Source: a bacterium (GTDB lineage Bacteria; JAAXHH01). From it: a DNA stretch of 64,000 bases. Location: assembly GCA_965240335.1 (NCBI GenBank), contig CBDEKM010000018.1, forward strand, positions 73,417-137,416, in the 5' to 3' direction. Below are positions 1-8,294 of this stretch, piece after piece. Below the pieces are notes generated by a model that did not search any database, had not been told where the DNA came from, and saw nothing but the letters and a program-made list of their open reading frames with translations. The number at the start of each line of letters is the position of its first letter. Positions within the stretch are counted from its first letter, which is position 1. The position numbers and the translations under genes were made by a program.

Positions 1-204
1 CTGGGGTTCCGCCAGGCCCGATACCCAGACACCCATGACGAAAAGGGCCGCGGTTACCAGCAGATAAAGCGGAAGGGACAGGCCGAGCGGACCAGACAAC
101 GCCCAAACCAGTCCGAGTCCCAGCACGCTGCCGGCCGTGCCGGGCGCGCGGGGTGTGTAGCCGGCGTAACATCCGGTCGACAGCAGGGTGATCAGGGCGC
201 GCAT
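1..204 (-). CDS. pgpA: phosphatidylglycerophosphatase A (PgpA), C-terminal part truncated by window edge
   Basis: Minus-strand ATG at 204; translation MRALITLLSTGCYAGYTPRAPGTAGSVLGLGL... matches PgpA N-terminus; lies 2 nt downstream of the pgsA stop, so same operon. Confidence 0.55.
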   Translation of the reverse strand, partial: MRALITLLSTGCYAGYTPRAPGTAGSVLGLGLVWALSGPLGLSLPLYLLVTAALFVMGVWVSGLAEPQ

Positions 205-206
205 AC

Positions 207-791
207 CTACCTCAGCAGACTGATAATAATCGACCGGTTCTTGACGACATAGTCTAGGCCGGAACTGACCGTGAGTGTCATGGAGACGAAGACCATGCCA
301 TTGAGCACCCACCAGGCGATGTCGTCGAACTCCCCGGTCCACTGGCCGTATGCGAGCATCGTCGTCTGGATGTTGATGTAGAGCAGGATGATCACGATGA
401 CCACCATCTGCGAAGCCGTCTTCCACTTGGCCACCTGGGTCGGCAGGATGAGGAGGCCGCGGTACGCCGCGATGCAGCGGAGGCCGGTCACGATGAAGTC
501 TCTTCCGATGATGACCAGTACCATCCAGGTGTAGATGTAGCCGAGGGACGCGAAACAGATCAGGGCGGTGGACGTGAGAATCTTGTCCGCCAGGGGGTCC
601 ATGAACTTGCCGAAACTGGTGATCACACCGGTCTTGCGGGCCAGGTAGCCGTCGTACAGATCGGTCAGCGAGGCGATTATGAAGATCACCAGGGCGATAT
701 ATCGTGTATACAATGTATCTACCAAGAAGAAGACCATGAATATGGGACTCAGGATAATGCGGAAAATGGTCAGTTTGTTTGGTAGATTCAT
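207..791 (-). CDS. pgsA: CDP-diacylglycerol--glycerol-3-phosphate 3-phosphatidyltransferase
   Basis: 194 aa; CDP-alcohol phosphatidyltransferase motif (DxxDGxxAR...G...D...D: 'DLYDGYLARKTG...GKFMDPLADK'); multiple TM segments. Confidence 0.85.
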   Translation of the reverse strand: MNLPNKLTIFRIILSPIFMVFFLVDTLYTRYIALVIFIIASLTDLYDGYLARKTGVITSFGKFMDPLADKILTSTALICFASLGYIYTWMVLVIIGRDFIVTGLRCIAAYRGLLILPTQVAKWKTASQMVVIVIILLYINIQTTMLAYGQWTGEFDDIAWWVLNGMVFVSMTLTVSSGLDYVVKNRSIIISLLR

Positions 792-842
792 GGCGGTATA
801 TGGATAAGGAAGTTGTGTCTGCGATCGTCTTGACGTTCCGTG

Positions 843-1445
843 CTACAACTCCGTGCGGCCCTCGAGGGCGCGTGCCAGCGTGACTTCGTCGGCGTATTCC
901 AGGTCGCCGCCCATGGGAAGTCCCCGGGCAAGACGAGTAACCCGGACGCCCAGCGGTTTGATCAACCTGCTCAGGTAGAGTGCGGTGGCTTCTCCCTCGA
1001 TATTGGGATTGGTCGCGATGATGACCTCTTCCACCGAATCGTTCATCCGCAGCATGAGTTCCCGGGCGCGGATGTCATCCGGAGTGATGTTGTCGAGCGG
1101 AGAAAGCGCACCGTGGAGCACGTGATACATGCCCCGGTACTCTCCAGTGCTTTCGAGTGTGATCACGTCCCTGGGTTCTTCTACGACGCAGATCGTTTCA
1201 GGTTTACGTCGGGTGTCATGGCAGATTTCGCAGGTTTCGGACTCGGTGATGTTCCAGCACACGTCGCAGTACCGGACCTTCTCCTTGACCGCCCGAATGG
1301 CGTCAGACAGCGAAAAGGCGCGTTCGGCCGGTCCCTTCAAGATATGAAAAGCCAGTCGCTGCGCCGTCACCCTGCCGATGTTGGGCAGGCGGCTCAATTC
1401 ATCCACCAGGATGGCCAGGGCCTCGGAACTGTACTTGCGCACCAT
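843..1445 (-). CDS. recR: recombination protein RecR
   Basis: 200 aa; HhH N-terminus (LPNIGRVTAQRLAFHIL), C4 zinc finger (CDVCWNITESETCEIC), Toprim region; conserved position after ybaB. Confidence 0.9.
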   Translation of the reverse strand: MVRKYSSEALAILVDELSRLPNIGRVTAQRLAFHILKGPAERAFSLSDAIRAVKEKVRYCDVCWNITESETCEICHDTRRKPETICVVEEPRDVITLESTGEYRGMYHVLHGALSPLDNITPDDIRARELMLRMNDSVEEVIIATNPNIEGEATALYLSRLIKPLGVRVTRLARGLPMGGDLEYADEVTLARALEGRTEL

Positions 1446-1506
1446 GAAAAAGGATTCCTTAGTTGAATTGGGATCAGGATCAGCGAAACGCCTTGTAACA
1501 CGGCGA

Positions 1507-1818
1507 CTACAGGCCGGGAATCTGAAGTCCGCCGGTGAGCTGCCCCATCTCCTGGTCCATCATTTCCTGTGCCTTCTGCTGTCCCTGGCTGATGGCGGCC
1601 AGCACGAGATCTTCGAGCATCTCCACGTCTTCGGAGTCCACCACGGCTGGATTGATCCTGATCTCCACGACGTTCAGCTTGCCGTCTACCACCGCGGTGA
1701 CCATACCGCCACCGGCGGTACCTTCCACCCGCCGCTGCGCGATTTCTTCCTGAAGCTGCATCATCTGCTTCTGCATCTTCTGTACCTTCTTCATCATGCC
1801 TGACATGCCCTTGGCCAT
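1507..1818 (-). CDS. ybaB: YbaB/EbfC family nucleoid-associated protein
   Basis: 103 aa; MAKGMSGMMKKVQKMQKQMMQLQEE... is typical YbaB; conserved dnaX-ybaB-recR order. Confidence 0.9.
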   Translation of the reverse strand: MAKGMSGMMKKVQKMQKQMMQLQEEIAQRRVEGTAGGGMVTAVVDGKLNVVEIRINPAVVDSEDVEMLEDLVLAAISQGQQKAQEMMDQEMGQLTGGLQIPGL

Positions 1819-1863
1819 AGCTCAATCCTTTCCTGTTTTACCCCCGGCCGCCGTGACCATGTC

Positions 1864-3960
1864 TCAGTCCGACACGATCTGGCCGTCGAAAGCCTCCACG
1901 ATCTTCCGGACGGCCGGATCTTTCGCGGCATCGGAACGAGCACCGGTCTCCTGGCTGGCTGTTTTGCCGGCCGCAGGGGGTTCCTGTCCTTCCTTGACTG
2001 TGCTTTCTGCAATGCCCGGATACTCGTCTGCCCCGACACCTGCATCATCTACGCTGGCATTTTCGTGGTCCGCCCCGGATCTGTCGTCGTCCGTTCCGGC
2101 GTTATCATCCCTAGTCCCGGACCTGTCGTCGGCAACGGCGTTATCTTCGATCTCGCACTTGATCCGAACCGGGCTTCCCAGCGCGTTGGAACATACCGCC
2201 TGTATCAGCAAAGCGGTCTCCCGCTTCTCGGCCTGCTCTTTGTGAAAGACTCGGTTGGTTCCGAACCTGAGGGTAATCATTGCGGACCGCTCCGCCCTGG
2301 ACTCTTCGTCCCTGGAGCAGCCGGAAACCTCCGCTTCTGCCAATAGCCTGCCCAGGCCACTACGCTGCTTCGTGATTTCTTCCACGATGGCGGGCCACCG
2401 GTTGCGGACGTCCCGGAGATCGAGTTCCGGGGTGGCCGCCGTAGTCGCTGCGGTCTCCGTAGTCGCTGCGGTCTCCGGACGGTCCCCGGGCTCAGAAACG
2501 GGCGGCGGATTCGATACCGCGCCTGTCGGTGAATCTGGCGCCTCGCCAGTCGCCGCATCCTGGTTCGTAGGGGTCGTCGCATCCTGGTTCGTGCTGACCG
2601 TCGCAGACGTTGGATCTACCGACGGCAACTCAGGAGCCTCACCGGTCGAGGATCCCGATACGGACGGGCCCAGCGCTTCCGGCCGCTCTACGGTACCGGA
2701 TGTATCCTGTCCCTTGCCAGAAAGGTTCGCGTCCCCGTCGAGGTTCGGATCCGGTTTGGCCTCGTGACCGGGAGAATGAGAGTCCGAAGCATCGTCGTCC
2801 CCCTCTCCCGAACCCACGCGACGGGCCATTTCGGATAACCGGTTCATGACCTCTGTCAGTTGCACCGAGCTGGCCATGCGTATCATGCGGACGACGCCGG
2901 TCTCGAGTTGCACCCGGGGAAGAGCGCTTTGCTTGACGGACTGTTCCATCTGCGTGGCCAACTGGGAAAGCCTGAGCAGGTCTTCCGTTTCAAATCGACC
3001 GACCTGTTCCCGGTAGTGGTCGAGTTCCAGGGCGGCGGCGCCGAGCAGCGCTTCCGCTTCGGGCGTCGCCTTGACGACGAGCAGGTTGCGGAGGTGTTCC
3101 AGGATGCCCAGGATGATCTCTTCGAAATCGTGACCCTGTCGGAAGATCCGGTCGACCAGGTCCAGTCCCCGTGGGACGTCCTGGTCCGCCACGATTTCCA
3201 TCAGCTCGAAATAGACGTCCTGGTCCACGATGCCCAGGACCTCCGCCGCTTCACCGGCGGTCAACCCGGTGCCGCCGAAAGCGACGACCTGGTCCAGCAG
3301 ACTTTCGGCATCCCGCATGCTGCCATCCACCCGCCGCGCGATGAGGGCGAGGGCCTCGCGCTGGACGTCGTAGCCGCTCTTTTCACTGATCATGGCCAGG
3401 TGATCTACGATGGTCGGCCCCGATATGCGCCGGAAGTCGAATCGCTGACACCGGGAAAGCACGGTGGGAATCACCTTCCGAGGGTCCGTCGTCGCGAAGA
3501 TGAAGTACACGTGGGGAGGCGGCTCTTCAAGCGTTTTAAGCAACGCGTTGAAGGCCTCCTTGGTCAGCATGTGCACTTCGTCGATGATGTAGATCTTGTG
3601 CTTGCCCTGGCTGGGCGTGTACTTGACGCTCTCGAGCAGATGGGTCCGGACCTGCTCGACGCGGTTGTTGGAAGCGCCGTCGATTTCCAGCACGTCGACG
3701 CTGCGTCCTTCCGAGATTTCCTGGCAGATAGTGCAGGCGTTGCAAGGCGTTACGGTGGGGCCGTCGACGCAGTTCAGGGCCTTGGCCAGGATGCGGGCCG
3801 TTGTCGTTTTACCCACGCCCCGGGGACCGGCAAACAGGTAGGCATGGGCGATCTGGCCGGCCTGTATGGCATTTTTCAGCGTAGTGGTGACGTGTTCCTG
3901 GCCGATTACGCCGTCGAATTCCTGCGGACGCCATTTTCGGGCCGTGACTTCGTAGGCCAA
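1864..3960 (-). CDS. dnaX: DNA polymerase III subunit gamma/tau
   Basis: ORF 1864..4038. AAA+ Walker A (GPRGVGKTTTARILAKAL), zinc module (CNACTICQ). Start chosen as TTG at 3960, preceded by GGAGG 8 nt upstream (gives M-AYEVTARKWRP, the canonical DnaX N-terminus); the ATG at 4003 is an alternative. Long Pro/Thr/acidic linker and acidic C-terminal tail. Confidence 0.9.
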   Translation of the reverse strand: MAYEVTARKWRPQEFDGVIGQEHVTTTLKNAIQAGQIAHAYLFAGPRGVGKTTTARILAKALNCVDGPTVTPCNACTICQEISEGRSVDVLEIDGASNNRVEQVRTHLLESVKYTPSQGKHKIYIIDEVHMLTKEAFNALLKTLEEPPPHVYFIFATTDPRKVIPTVLSRCQRFDFRRISGPTIVDHLAMISEKSGYDVQREALALIARRVDGSMRDAESLLDQVVAFGGTGLTAGEAAEVLGIVDQDVYFELMEIVADQDVPRGLDLVDRIFRQGHDFEEIILGILEHLRNLLVVKATPEAEALLGAAALELDHYREQVGRFETEDLLRLSQLATQMEQSVKQSALPRVQLETGVVRMIRMASSVQLTEVMNRLSEMARRVGSGEGDDDASDSHSPGHEAKPDPNLDGDANLSGKGQDTSGTVERPEALGPSVSGSSTGEAPELPSVDPTSATVSTNQDATTPTNQDAATGEAPDSPTGAVSNPPPVSEPGDRPETAATTETAATTAATPELDLRDVRNRWPAIVEEITKQRSGLGRLLAEAEVSGCSRDEESRAERSAMITLRFGTNRVFHKEQAEKRETALLIQAVCSNALGSPVRIKCEIEDNAVADDRSGTRDDNAGTDDDRSGADHENASVDDAGVGADEYPGIAESTVKEGQEPPAAGKTASQETGARSDAAKDPAVRKIVEAFDGQIVSD
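2441..2476. repeat. perfect 18-bp tandem duplication (gtagtcgctgcggtctcc x2) inside the dnaX linker; a second ~20-bp near-duplicate (..cgcatcctggttcgt.. x2) lies at ~2545-2590
   Basis: Read directly from the sequence; in-frame (encodes duplicated TAATxE / TNQDA segments of the low-complexity linker). Confidence 0.7.
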
Positions 3961-4082
3961 TGCCCAAACCTCCAAGCCTGGGTTACTCGGGACGAGAGGC
4001 ATGCGGAACGGGGCGAAAATAGTAAAGCGGTCGTGCACCCACCCTCGAATCTACTCGTATCGGGGCATCCGTACCGCCGGCT

Positions 4083-4185
4083 CCGGCCAGGCGCTCCTGC
4101 GGCACACGATTATGGCGCTTACCGCTGCTACCTTCCGGTCCTGACGGGGTTGGGCGTTTTCACGTTGCGCAGGACCTGACTTTCA
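4083..4185 (-). ncRNA. ffs: signal recognition particle RNA, small (4.5S) type
   Basis: Minus strand reads ...GTCAGGTCCTGCGCAACGTGAAAACGCCCAACCCCGTCAGGACCGGAAGGTAGCAGCGGTAAGCGCCATAATCGTGTGCCGCAGGAGCGCCTGGCC. It matches the E. coli 4.5S domain IV consensus (CGCAACG...GGUCAGGUCCGGAAGGAAGCAGCC) including the GGAA tetraloop. 5'/3' arms are complementary. Located immediately upstream of dnaX as in many bacteria. Ends approximate (+/-10 nt). Confidence 0.7.
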
Positions 4186-4367
4186 ATACCGGATGTAACA
4201 CATACCGGCGACGCAAGTGCGATCCTTGGGATGGGAATTCGACCCCGCTGTAGCGGGTTGCGGGTTACAGGGCACCGCTAACTCCCCATCTAGCACGACC
4301 GTAATCGTTCCAAGCCTGTAATACGGGATGCAGGGAACGCTCGCTTCGTCGTTACCGGCATCCCGAG

Positions 4368-4440
4368 TGGAGCAGAGCGGAATCGAACCGCCGACCTCCA
4401 GATTGCGATTCTGGCGCTCTCCCAACTGAGCTACTGCCCC
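4368..4440 (-). tRNA. tRNA-Ala (anticodon CGC)
   Basis: Minus strand GGGGCAGTAGCTCAGTTGGGAGAGCGCCAGAATCGCAATCTGGAGGTCGGCGGTTCGATTCCGCTCTGCTCCA folds as a cloverleaf; anticodon loop AUCGCAA; G3:U70 Ala identity pair present; CCA not encoded. Confidence 0.85.
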
Positions 4441-4509
4441 AAAGTTTCCGTGGAACGAGGCGGGTTAACCGTCCTCTTCGTTCCGGGTCCGGGTTCCCCC
4501 GGTATTCAA

Positions 4510-4595
4510 CGGAGAGGGTGGGATTCGAACCCACGGTCCACATGGTGAACACACGCTCTCCAGGCGTGCCGATTCGACCGCTCTCGCACCTCTCC
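4510..4595 (-). tRNA. tRNA-Ser (anticodon GGA)
   Basis: Minus strand GGAGAGGTGCGAGAGCGGTCGAATCGGCACGCCTGGAGAGCGTGTG...GTGGGTTCGAATCCCACCCTCTCCG; long variable arm (class II); anticodon loop CUGGAGA. Confidence 0.85.
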
Positions 4596-4667
4596 CAGGT
4601 CCGTATCTGTGGTCAATGCCCGCGTCCGATATCCTTCCCTCTGCATTCCGATCGACAGGCTGAAAAA

Positions 4668-4752
4668 CGGAGAGGGTGGGATTCGAACCCACGGTGCCCG
4701 AAGGCACAACGGTTTTCGAGACCGTCCGATTCAACCACTCTCGCACCTCTCC
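4668..4752 (-). tRNA. tRNA-Ser (anticodon CGA)
   Basis: Minus strand GGAGAGGTGCGAGAGTGGTTGAATCGGACGGTCTCGAAAACCGTTGTGCCTTCGGGCACCGTGGGTTCGAATCCCACCCTCTCCG; class II; anticodon loop CUCGAAA. Confidence 0.85.
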
Positions 4753-5246
4753 GGTAACCTCGGTTCGATATCCGTACCGCCTGCCGCCCGTTTCGCCTTG
4801 AAGAAGTCCTTGAGCAGGTCGGAGCAGTTGTCCGCCAGGATCCCTCCTGTTACTTCCACCTGGTGATTCAACCGGGTGTCCCCCACGATATCACGCAAGG
4901 AACCACAGGCTCCGGTCTTGGGATCCACCGCCCCGTAAATCAGGCTCCGCATCCGGGCCAGCACGATCGCTCCGGCGCACATCGCGCAGGGTTCCAGCGT
5001 AACGTAGAGCGCGGCTCCCGTCAGTCGTTCATATCCCAGGGTTGTGCACGCCTCGCGGATCGCCAGCATTTCGGCGTGTGCGGTGGGGTCGCGCAACCGC
5101 TCAACACGATTCTGGCCCCGGCCAATGACCATCCCTTCGTGAACGATCACGGCCCCGACGGGCACGTCACCTTCGGCCGCCGCCGACCTGGCTTCTTCGA
5201 GTGCCAGACGCAGCCATTTTTCTTGTTCGCCGTCGTTACTCGTCAT
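4731..5246 (-). CDS. tadA: tRNA-specific adenosine(34) deaminase
   Basis: ORF 4731..5294; first ATG at 5246 gives MTSNDGEQEKWLRLALEEA.... CDA zinc motifs HAE (HAEMLAIREA) and PCxxC (LEPCAMCAGAI). 3' end overlaps tRNA-Ser(CGA) by ~22 nt. Confidence 0.85.
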   Translation of the reverse strand: MTSNDGEQEKWLRLALEEARSAAAEGDVPVGAVIVHEGMVIGRGQNRVERLRDPTAHAEMLAIREACTTLGYERLTGAALYVTLEPCAMCAGAIVLARMRSLIYGAVDPKTGACGSLRDIVGDTRLNHQVEVTGGILADNCSDLLKDFFKAKRAAGGTDIEPRLPERCESG

Positions 5247-5267
5247 GGCATTACGTCTCACGAAATA

Positions 5268-5341
5268 TACGCCCGGAGGGAGTCGAACCCACAACCTCCT
5301 GATCCGTAGTCAGGTGCTCTATCCAATTGAGCTACAGGCGC
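5268..5341 (-). tRNA. tRNA-Arg (anticodon ACG)
   Basis: Minus strand GCGCCTGTAGCTCAATTGGATAGAGCACCTGACTACGGATCAGGAGGTTGTGGGTTCGACTCCCTCCGGGCGTA; anticodon loop CUACGGA; D-arm and anticodon arm canonical; one U:U mismatch in the T-stem and G:U pairs in the acceptor stem; ends +/-2 nt. Confidence 0.75.
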
Positions 5342-5367
5342 TCAGAACCAGCATACCAGAGCACCGC

Positions 5368-5396
5368 AAACTACCGGTCAGGCACGTGAAAGTCAA
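5368..5396 (-). promoter_or_regulatory. candidate sigma70 promoter for tRNA-Arg (TTGACT-N17-TAGTTT)
   Basis: Minus strand ...TTGACTttcacgtgcctgaccggTAGTTTgcggtg..., ~25 nt upstream of the tRNA 5' end; -10 is weak. Confidence 0.3.
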
Positions 5397-5445
5397 GCGA
5401 ATTTTGACTCCGTTCAGGGTGTCCGGAACGTCGAAAATTTGGAGG

Positions 5446-5973
5446 TCAATCGGTACTGCGGTCGTGTCGTTCGAGATAGACTCTTCTCCGTTCAACGTAC
5501 CCTTCCGCGGTTCGGTGAATTCGTTCGATCTGCTCGTCCGTGACGTGACGGATTACGCGACCGGGAACACCCAGGACAAGGGAACCGGGTGGCACGTCCA
5601 TGTGCTCGAGCACCAGCGCGCCGGCGCCGATGATACTATGCTCGCCGATGCGCGCACCGCTGAGGATCACGGCGCCCATAGAGATCAGCGCGTGGTCTTC
5701 CACTACCGCACCGTGGACGATGGCGCGGTGCCCCACGGTCACGCCCTTCCCCAGCACGGCGGGCATGCCGGCGTCGATGTGGATGACGCTGCCGTCCTGC
5801 ACGTTGGTCCCCTCGCCGATGGTAACCGGTTCGTCGTCCGCCCGGATCACCACCTGATACCAGACGCTTGCATTCATCCCGATGTCAACCGCCCCGATCA
5901 GATCGGCGCTCTCCGCCACGAAGGCGGAAGGATGAATAAGGGGAGACTGGTGTACATACTGGTTGGAGGTCAT
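5446..5973 (-). CDS. gamma-class carbonic anhydrase / hexapeptide-repeat (LbH) family protein
   Basis: ORF 5446..6078; ATG at 5973 (MTSNQYVHQSPLIHPSAFV...) preceded by AGGA; left-handed beta-helix hexapeptide repeats and His ligands typical of gamma-CA/YrdA/PaaY. Confidence 0.8.
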   Translation of the reverse strand: MTSNQYVHQSPLIHPSAFVAESADLIGAVDIGMNASVWYQVVIRADDEPVTIGEGTNVQDGSVIHIDAGMPAVLGKGVTVGHRAIVHGAVVEDHALISMGAVILSGARIGEHSIIGAGALVLEHMDVPPGSLVLGVPGRVIRHVTDEQIERIHRTAEGYVERRRVYLERHDRSTD

Positions 5974-5983
5974 GTGGGGATTC

Positions 5984-7276
5984 CTACCCGGCGGCGTCCT
6001 GGGCGCACTGCACCCGGGGGATGACGTAGGGCCCTTTCGGAACGACGGCGATGGTGGCGTCACTGCCATGGCGCTCAAGGGCTCGCGCTATGCCGGCCTC
6101 GACGGATGGGACCGGTTCGACGAGGCAATCCCGCACATCGTCGTCATTCAGGCCGTCCGTATAGAGGTATATCTGTCCCTTCTTCAACGCTTTTACCAGT
6201 TCTTCGATTTCCCACTGGTCGATGGTGAATACGCCCGGTTGCTGGATCGATTCGAGAAAGGCGTCGATATCCGTTGTCATCCGCAGCAGTCCCTCGAATT
6301 CCGCGCTTCCGATCCCATCGGCGCATCCGGCCGCGATGACGATGGATCCGCCCTCCCTGAGAATGTCCAGCACCCCGACCATACCCTTCACTGCCTGGTA
6401 GAACGTAGTATCCAGGGGATAGCCGGCTGAAGAGGTCACGACGATGTCCACCGGTTCCTCGACACTGGCAACCACCATGCTGTCCACATGGCTGACCCCG
6501 TGCAGGTGGGCCTGCTCGAGCTCGCCGGCGAACACCCCGGTAATACGTCGGTCCTCGTCCAGGGACACGTTGAGGATGAAATCGACACCGGCACGCCGGG
6601 CGATTTCCAGGGATGCCTCGTGGAGTGGGTTGCCGTCGAGCACACCCGTCGTGGCGCGGGGATGTTCCAGGATCTTCGGTCCGTGAAGGTATTCGATCGT
6701 CTCCACGCCCACCAGTCCGGGCGCGACCAGCTTGCGCCCACCCGAATAGCCGGCCATGAAGTGGGGTTCGATCAACCCGGTCAGCACCTTGAGATCGCTT
6801 TCGACGTAACGGCGGTCCACGTGGATCGGGATCCCGGTACTCGTGGTCCCGAGATGGGCCTGCTGCGCTCCGATTCGCGCCCGGTGGTTTACAACGGGAT
6901 AGCGGTCGACCACGGCGCCGGTCAGCGTCTCGCGAAGCTGGGCTTCGTCCATGGGGGCGTGCAGTCCTGTGGCAACCAGGAGGGTGATATCCTTCGGCGC
7001 CAGCCCGCTTCGTTCCAGGCTTTCCAGCAGGGGCGGCAGAATGATGTCGTGGGGCACGGGCCGCGTGATGTCGGAAACGACCACGCAGGCATTCCGGCGT
7101 CCAGTGGCTAGTACTTCGAGCGGCGGCCCCGCTACGGGCTGACGAATCGCATCCCGGGTCGCTGCCACGGGATCATCCAGCGGCGGCGTTTCCCGCATGT
7201 TAAGGACTGCTACGAGGTTTTCGTCCGGAACGCGTACGTTGACCCCGGATTTGTGATAATCGAGTTTGATGTTCAT
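5984..7276 (-). CDS. LarA-family protein (DUF2088; nickel-pincer cofactor-dependent 2-hydroxyacid racemase/epimerase family)
   Basis: 430 aa; N-terminal LarA-like domain and overall length typical of lactate racemase homologues; no larB/larC/larE in the window. Confidence 0.75.
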   Translation of the reverse strand: MNIKLDYHKSGVNVRVPDENLVAVLNMRETPPLDDPVAATRDAIRQPVAGPPLEVLATGRRNACVVVSDITRPVPHDIILPPLLESLERSGLAPKDITLLVATGLHAPMDEAQLRETLTGAVVDRYPVVNHRARIGAQQAHLGTTSTGIPIHVDRRYVESDLKVLTGLIEPHFMAGYSGGRKLVAPGLVGVETIEYLHGPKILEHPRATTGVLDGNPLHEASLEIARRAGVDFILNVSLDEDRRITGVFAGELEQAHLHGVSHVDSMVVASVEEPVDIVVTSSAGYPLDTTFYQAVKGMVGVLDILREGGSIVIAAGCADGIGSAEFEGLLRMTTDIDAFLESIQQPGVFTIDQWEIEELVKALKKGQIYLYTDGLNDDDVRDCLVEPVPSVEAGIARALERHGSDATIAVVPKGPYVIPRVQCAQDAAG

Positions 7277-7285
7277 GGCGATCCC

Positions 7286-8269
7286 CTACGATGCTTCCTG
7301 TTCGACTTCGAGCCCGGGTCCCGGTGATGGTACTAGTATGCCTGCGGCACCGAATTTCATCATGGTGCGGGCCAGTTCGCTGGGGGACTCGTGAAGCGCC
7401 ACGATGGCGCCGCTGCTGCCCGCGAGCTTTGCGCCGAATGCGCCCGCCCGTCGGGCAAATTCGATGAACCGGTCGTCCTCGGGATTGGATCCGCCGAGCG
7501 CCTGCGTCAGCGCCTGGTTCTCGTTCATCAGGTCTCCCAGCGTGTCGAGCCTGTTCTCGAGGATCGCTTTCTTCCCGTGCCGGGCCAGGCCGGCGATGGT
7601 CCGGTATGTTTCGACTATTTCAGGTTCCCCGGCGAGCCAACGTTCCCTGAGCGGGGTATGCACGCCGCCGGAGACGCGCTGGCCGCCCGTGATGACCACG
7701 ACGACCGGCAGGGCCGAGGCGGGTACCATCGGTTCCATGGTGGCAAAGGGATCGGTCCCGAACTCCAGGTGGAATTCTTTTCCCCTGAAATCCATGTAAT
7801 GCATCCCGCCGAAGGTGCACATGTAGGCGTCCTGGTACCCGCAGAAGCACAGGTTTCGGTATTCGATCATGCGGACGAGTTCCGCCATGTGGTAAGATCC
7901 GTGACGTAAGCCGCGGAACGCAAGCAGGCCGGCAACCATGGACACGAGCAGCGCGGTCGACCCCGAAAGACCGGCCCGGAATGGGATGTCGGTAGACCAG
8001 GAGATTCGGACGCGCAGGTCAGCGGATTCCGTACCCGCAAGCGCGACGCGCGCGATATCGAATATGTCTTCCCGCTGGGCCAGGTCGTCCGGCGAAGCGA
8101 TGACCTTCTGTTCGGTGCCGGCGTCCAGGACCAGGCGGTCCGCCGGTTGGACCTTGACCCTTGCCCTTTCCACCGTCGAACACGAAATCACGCTACCGCC
8201 GTACATGTCGGTCGGATTGCCCACGATGCCGACGCGGCCGGGTGCAGATGCGGTTACGGTCCCGCTCAA
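7286..8269 (-). CDS. GHMP-family sugar kinase
   Basis: 327 aa; GHMP motif PGRVGIVGNPTDMYGG near N-terminus and glycine-rich motif 2 (AGLSGSTALLVSMVAGL). Confidence 0.75.
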   Translation of the reverse strand: MSGTVTASAPGRVGIVGNPTDMYGGSVISCSTVERARVKVQPADRLVLDAGTEQKVIASPDDLAQREDIFDIARVALAGTESADLRVRISWSTDIPFRAGLSGSTALLVSMVAGLLAFRGLRHGSYHMAELVRMIEYRNLCFCGYQDAYMCTFGGMHYMDFRGKEFHLEFGTDPFATMEPMVPASALPVVVVITGGQRVSGGVHTPLRERWLAGEPEIVETYRTIAGLARHGKKAILENRLDTLGDLMNENQALTQALGGSNPEDDRFIEFARRAGAFGAKLAGSSGAIVALHESPSELARTMMKFGAAGILVPSPGPGLEVEQEAS

Positions 8270-8294
8270 TTGGACTCCGCTGCGTGTGTGCTGT

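Noticed and set aside
2860-4179. 439-aa plus-strand ORF
   Set aside because: Entirely antisense to dnaX, whose identity is unambiguous. Arg/His/Gly-rich nonsense typical of high-GC antisense frames
4201-4330. Possible extra tRNA between tRNA-Ala and ffs
   Set aside because: Has a T-loop-like GGGGTCGAATTCCC and CCA-like end, but I could not build acceptor/D/anticodon stems of correct length. Kept only as a tRNA-like remnant or structured spacer (see findings)
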